A DNA stretch of 63,563 nt, counting the filler, from Vannella sp. (lineage: Eukaryota): the NCBI GenBank assembly GCA_023345925.1. It is 7 parts of 7 records of this genome, joined end to end, with 100 filler letters (N's around TTAATTAATTAA, not from the genome) between each part and the next. Parts side by side here need not be neighbours in the genome. Positions count along the whole stretch, not along the records: positions 58,784 to 63,563 come from JAJQQN010000695.1; 6 more parts are not named here. The stretch is one strand, 5' to 3'. The position numbers and the translations under genes are program-made. The notes under the pieces are model-generated. The model had not been told where the DNA came from and ran no database searches. It worked only from the letters and a program-made list of their open reading frames with translations. Within the stretch, counting starts at the first letter, position 1, and each line of letters begins with the position of its first letter. Shown in pieces: positions 58,784 to 63,563 of the stretch.

Positions 58784-59494
58784 CTCGTCAGCGCTTTCGC
58801 ACACAAACCCTGGGTGGCACATCCACTCTATGTCTGTCGAGGATGTCTCTTTGAGGGCTCTCCGTAGTTCCTGAAGATCTCCATTCCCCATTAAGTCCAA
58901 ACCAATGAATCCTGGAGGCAGAACCAGTCCTTGCTCCTCGTAGAAGCTCTTGCTTGTAGTTGCTTGTTCGCATACACCTTTCAAGAATGCTGAGAGTGCT
59001 CCAGACCCACAGAACTGAGGCAATCGAACACTTCGGATGCCGAATGATGTCAGTAGGGGAGCAATCACTTGAGCTACAGAAGGGATTACGTGTATGTGTT
59101 GATGAGAGTCCATATGAGTAGGAAAGGTCCCTGTCAGAGTGTGGAATGCTTGCATCTGAGCTTCTAGTTCCCTAGAAAGGTCACTTAGGACAATGATCCC
59201 GGCGTGCAAGGCCTTCCGGAAGCCCTCTTTCCCCCTCATGAAACCACCTTCCACCGTCAGAGAAGAAGGAGCAGTGGAGCAAGGCTCTCCCTCGGTAAAG
59301 TTGAGGTGCAGTCCAACACAAAGCTCCATTCGACCAGATAGCTGAAGAAGCCGCTCTGCAGCGCGAGCAGATCCCGGAAAGTTCACCAAAAGAGACACAT
59401 TCTTCACCACACCTCCTTCAACACAAAGAAAGATCCCGCGATCTCTCTCCTCCGCATAACCCGCATCGTCTGCCACCACCACCAACTTCCTCAT
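58784..59494 (-). CDS. YdjC/ChbG family carbohydrate deacetylase (3' truncated)
   Basis: LVVVADDAGY, GLHLNFTEGEP, HMDSHQHIH, EWMCHPG. Confidence 0.92.
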
Positions 59495-59598
59495 GTTAAT
59501 AAACTAGAAAAAAAACCACTCTGGTGTTGATGGAATCACTTGTTGTATTCGGTCAAGAAATTTCCTTGGAGTCTTCCTTGGACCGAACCACTTCGGAG

Positions 59599-61858
59599 AT
59601 GGCAGGGGCGCGAGGAGTTGTTAGCCTTGCTTCTCAGCATCAAGATTTGCTCAAGAAGGGTGCTGCCTTGTCGATTGCTTCGCTTGGGGGACTCTATGTT
59701 CTCTGTCGCATGCAGTCGGATCATATCTTAGAGGATATCGGGGACATCGTTCATCTTCTTAAGATCCGACAAGCTCTGAAGCGCGTGGAGAGTAGCCCTA
59801 GATGGACGGTAGTCGATATGTTCTTGCAGAACCTCGTGCACAATGCTGATGGAGACGCCTTGAGCTTTATTGGGGAGAAGGACAAACCAGCTGAAACCTA
59901 CACCTTTCGCCAGTTGGACCACGCATCGAACCGGGGTAGGTTCTCTTTTATAGTACACGAGTCCATCTTTCTCACCTTCATGTCTAGTGGCGAACTGGGC
60001 CCTCGAGGAAGGGATTCGAGCGGGGGACGTTGTTGGTCTGATCATGGACAACCGCCCTGAGTACCTTATCACGTGGCTAGGACTCGCAAAGATCGGAGCC
60101 ATCACTGCGTTGATCAACACGAACCTTGTGAACGATCCACTCTTGCACTCGATGAAGATCTCCAATGCTACACGATTCATCGTTGGTACGGCGTCTTCTC
60201 TTCCTCACCACAGACAGCGAGGATGACTCATACTATGCCTTAGGAGTAGAACATGGCGAGAAGGTTGCCTTTGGACAAGCCAACCTCCCAGGCATGAGGT
60301 GGTTCGGGTACAGCGGACAAGTTCCGGGGGCGGTTCATCTCGATCCACTCCTCCGCAACTCCGACTTAGTAGATCCCTCTCACAGAGCACAGTGTGGTCC
60401 TGAAAGCGACTTGCTTTACATCTACACCAGGTAGGAGCGCTCCCACCCACTCTGAATGTGCCTCTCACAAGGCCAAGTGGGACGACTGGCAACCCAAAGG
60501 CAGGAGTGATCAAGAACATCCGCTTCTACGTGATTGGGAAGGCGTTCGAGGCCAACTTCAAAGTGACCTCCAAGGACCGCATCTACTGCGCTTTGCCGTT
60601 GTACCACTCTGCTGGAGGGATGATTGGCGTGGGAACAAGTTGGTGTGCTGGTGCTTGCTTAGTGTTCCGACGCAAGTTCTCCACCAGTCAGTTCTGGAGC
60701 GACATCAAGGAGAACAGGTGCACTATCATGCAGTACATCGGAGAGCTGTGCCGTTATCTACTCAGCCAACCACCCACCGATGATGACAAGTCCAACATCC
60801 GCGTTGCCATCGGAAACGGACTTCGTCCGGACATCTGGGAAGCCTTCCAAACCCGCTTTAACATTGCCCAGATTGGTGGTGAGTTGGCGGGTGGGAAGGG
60901 CCAAGAGTTGGTCTGATAGGAAGGGACAGAGTTCTATGGTGCTACAGAAGGGAATGCCTCTTTGGTAAACAACAAGAACAAGCAAGGTGCTGTTGGATAT
61001 GTGCCTCCATTGATCAGTCGATTGTATCCCGTTGAGATTATCAAGCTCGAGGAGGACAATGAGACTCCCATGAGAGGCCCCAATGGACTGTGCGTTATCT
61101 GTGGCCCAGGGGAGAAAGGAGAACTATTAGGGCGGATCGATAACTCGGACCCAAGCCGCAAATTTGATGTGAGAACACGAAAGAGAACCAGTGGCATCGT
61201 ACTCACCTGACGGAAAAGGGATATGTCAGCAAGGCTGACTCTGAGAAGAAGATTCTTCGCAATGTCAAATCAAAGGGAGACCAATACTTCCGATCTGGGG
61301 ACTTGTTGAAGAGAGACAGCGGTGGATTCTTCTACTTTGTTGACCGTTTGGGAGACACTTTCCGTTGGAAGGGTGAAAATGTTGCTACTAGTGAGGTGGA
61401 GCATGTCATCTCACGTGTAGCTGGTGTGACTCTTGTGAACGTGTACGGAGTTACTGTTCCTCACCATGACGGAAGAGCTGGAATGGCTGCATTGGTTACA
61501 GAACCAGAATTTGATCTCCGAGTACTCTACCAAACGTAAGAATGCAGCTCACTTGTTCATATAACTCATCCTCGACAGTGTCACAAGCGAACTGCCGAGT
61601 TATGCTCGCCCTCTCTTTTTACGAATGATGACTGGAATGGAGACTACAGGCACACACAAGCTTCAAAAGGTACAGGCAAGAAACGAAGGGTTTGACATCA
61701 ACGTGATTCAAGTAGGTTCTTTACTAGCACGCCTCTTTAACCCTCACCTTGAGCAGGACCGAATTTACCTTCGCGATGACTCAAAGGGCCAATTTGTTGA
61801 GCTCGACCAGACTCTCTTCAACCAACTGAATAGCAACACTCTCACATCCAAACTTTAA
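59599..61858 (+). CDS. Fatty acid transport protein / very-long-chain acyl-CoA synthetase (SLC27/FATP family), multi-exon
   Basis: WLGLAKIG, LYIYT.GTTGNPKA, LPLYHSAG, QYIGELCRYL, GNGLRPDIW, FYGATEGN, DRLGDTFRWKGENV, GRAGMA. Confidence 0.93.
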
Positions 61859-61931
61859 CTTTTCTTTCTCATAAACCCCATCTCAGTTCCCTTTTTTTCA
61901 GTTCCCCTTTTCAGAGCGGAAAAAAGTAGGA

Positions 61932-62204
61932 ATGCTGGGGTATCTAAGAAACGAAGCGGTGCATCTCCTCATTCATATCCACATCCACACCCCGATGCAT
62001 CCTCAAGTCCTTCGCCAAGAAATCAGTCAGCTGACTGAGCGCATTCACCAGCTCGAGTTCAAGATTGCCAAGCAAACTGACCTCCCCTCTCGCAACCTTC
62101 TGGTTCAAAAGAAGCAAAAGCATGAGAGCACTCGCCAACAACTCAAGGTTCTCCTTCGTATCGTTTACGACGCGACCGCAGCCCGTTCTTGCTCGGTTGC
62201 CTAG
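61932..62204 (+). CDS. Possible small coiled-coil protein
   Basis: Heptad-like LRQEISQLTERIHQLEFKI; no family recognised and structure uncertain. Confidence 0.25.
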   Translation: MLGYLRNEAVHLLIHIHIHTPMHPQVLRQEISQLTERIHQLEFKIAKQTDLPSRNLLVQKKQKHESTRQQLKVLLRIVYDATAARSCSVA

Positions 62205-63253
62205 CGCAGCTTCCCCCTTGTACAGAATTGCCCTCAGCTCCCTCATTGTTCTTCTAAATGTCCATTTCCTTGTAGCTTCTTCCCCATTTATCCCGTTCTC
62301 TTATTTATTTAGAGAAATTCATTTTGAGACAAAAGTTGAGGAATTATTCTTACGGCGGAAAGCGAATAATGGCGCAATTATGGGCAGTTAATGGAGACGT
62401 ATCTTTCATTGTTTGTTGCCATGCCGAACAGGGATGCTGGTGGGTGTGACTTGTTGTCTTTGGGAAGGGTCTGACAGGTGCAGAGGGGCATGCGAACTTC
62501 TGGCACGTGGGCTTGTGCACAACGTGCATAGAGGTTCCTTGTGAGTGGCTGCTGGCGTGCGTGTGTGCGCCTTGCTATTCTTGCCGTCAACGGATCCGCA
62601 TTCTAGATGGAGACATGGACAAATACCGCTGTTGCGCCGGCGTGTACGTCCCATGCTTAGAGTGTGGTGAAGAGTAAGCAAACTTTCATCGGTACGCCGC
62701 AGTTTGGGCTCACTCAGGTGCGTGTAGGAAGTGTCCATACGCCTGCTTATGCTTAGAAGTGTGGCTATGCTTCTGGTGCTCGGTATTCGCCAACCGATCG
62801 CAGATTCAAGGACAATACTCCATCCAGGTAGGGCAGGCGCGCTTGACACCTTCCCTTCTGTTCCCTCACTCTCCTTTATAGAACACAGCGTTCGAGAACT
62901 GCGTGATCTGGTCGATGTGCATCTTCTCGTGGGTGTACTGCCTCATTAAGATGTTCTCTGGCTGGAACTTTGGCCAGATCGACTGGATTGTGGATCTCAT
63001 TTACTGCATGTTCTCTGCTTGCATGCAGTCACAGCAAGAAGCTGAGCTTGACCACCAACGTGGCTCCCCAAAGAAGGTCGAAATGAACTCTGTCTGAAGC
63101 AAACGGGCGAAATACATTCTCCCTTTTGCTCTCTGTGTCTTCTCTCTCCATACCAACCTGTTTCTAGAGGGGAATGTAAGCTTTGGGGCTGTTCCAAAAC
63201 TTCCTGTTGACCTAATTGTGAGAATCCACGCGCCTGGGCGATCTCTCAGGACA

Positions 63254-63323
63254 CAGAAAGTTGAAAACCTAAAAACATAAAAATCCGATTCCCAACACTC
63301 GACATCGATTTGGGGCCCTTTTT
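63254..63323 (+). repeat. Dispersed repeat of about 70 bp, copy 2 (copy 1 at 32448..32519)
   Basis: 63/70 identity with a 2-nt indel by manual alignment. Confidence 0.85.
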
Positions 63324-63563
63324 GAAGGTCCTGTTTTGGCGGTGGCGGCAATGCTGCTCGTAGTTGTCCGCTGCGCCTTGGAGTATCAGCCCTGTCTCCT
63401 TCAGATCATCGAGAAGGAATCCAGTCATTCCTCGCCGCAAAAGTGTCTCTCCTCATGAGTAGCGGGTAGGGATGGTCTCTTTGGGGTTGTCATTGCTTTT
63501 GAACTTGGATTGAAAGCGATTGGATTTGATTGGATCTGTTGGGCCATCATTGGGGCTTCTTTC

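Noticed and set aside
123..61858. Fragmented ORFs suggesting stop-codon reassignment or mass pseudogenisation
   Set aside because: The breaks I traced resolve with canonical short GT-AG introns, apart from the INPP4 5' region, and TAA, TAG and TGA all terminate genes.
1..63563. CRISPR arrays, tRNA, rRNA, transposase or reverse-transcriptase genes
   Set aside because: No repeat-spacer pattern, cloverleaf or catalytic motifs were seen by eye; the tandem repeats present are coding.

Overview
This is eukaryotic DNA, not prokaryotic. Seven separate contigs (1-13720, 13821-22683, 22784-29042, 29143-41953, 42054-50703, 50804-58683, 58784-63563) are joined by artificial 100-nt linkers (N44-TTAATTAATTAA-N44), so adjacency across a linker means nothing. 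The genome is gene-dense, uses the standard genetic code and has short GT-AG introns (mostly about 40-65 nt). The gene set (Shk-type TKL-SH2 kinase, sedolisin, several RasGEFs, gamma-CA-like complex I subunit) suggests a free-living protist, probably an amoebozoan (inference). About 33 protein genes can be reconstructed by hand, including Sec61-alpha, PKA-C, CSTF1, GRWD1, MRG15, TSEN15, PIG-Q, RABL6, INPP4, Ras, G-alpha, FATP and a vitamin-K-dependent carboxylase-like protein. I saw no rRNA, tRNA, CRISPR array or intact transposon. The best leads are: (1) a multi-helix + strand ncRNA candidate of about 350 nt at 51560-51945; (2) a TM-SMP-MABP-C2-PH protein with perilipin/synuclein-like 11-mer repeats, a candidate ER-lipid droplet tether; (3) an intron-containing mucin-stalked protein with a bacterial-type Gly-rich head; (4) short non-coding repeats shared between independent contigs; (5) introns with purine-rich 3' ends and AAG acceptors. 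All family assignments come from motif recognition; no database search was run.
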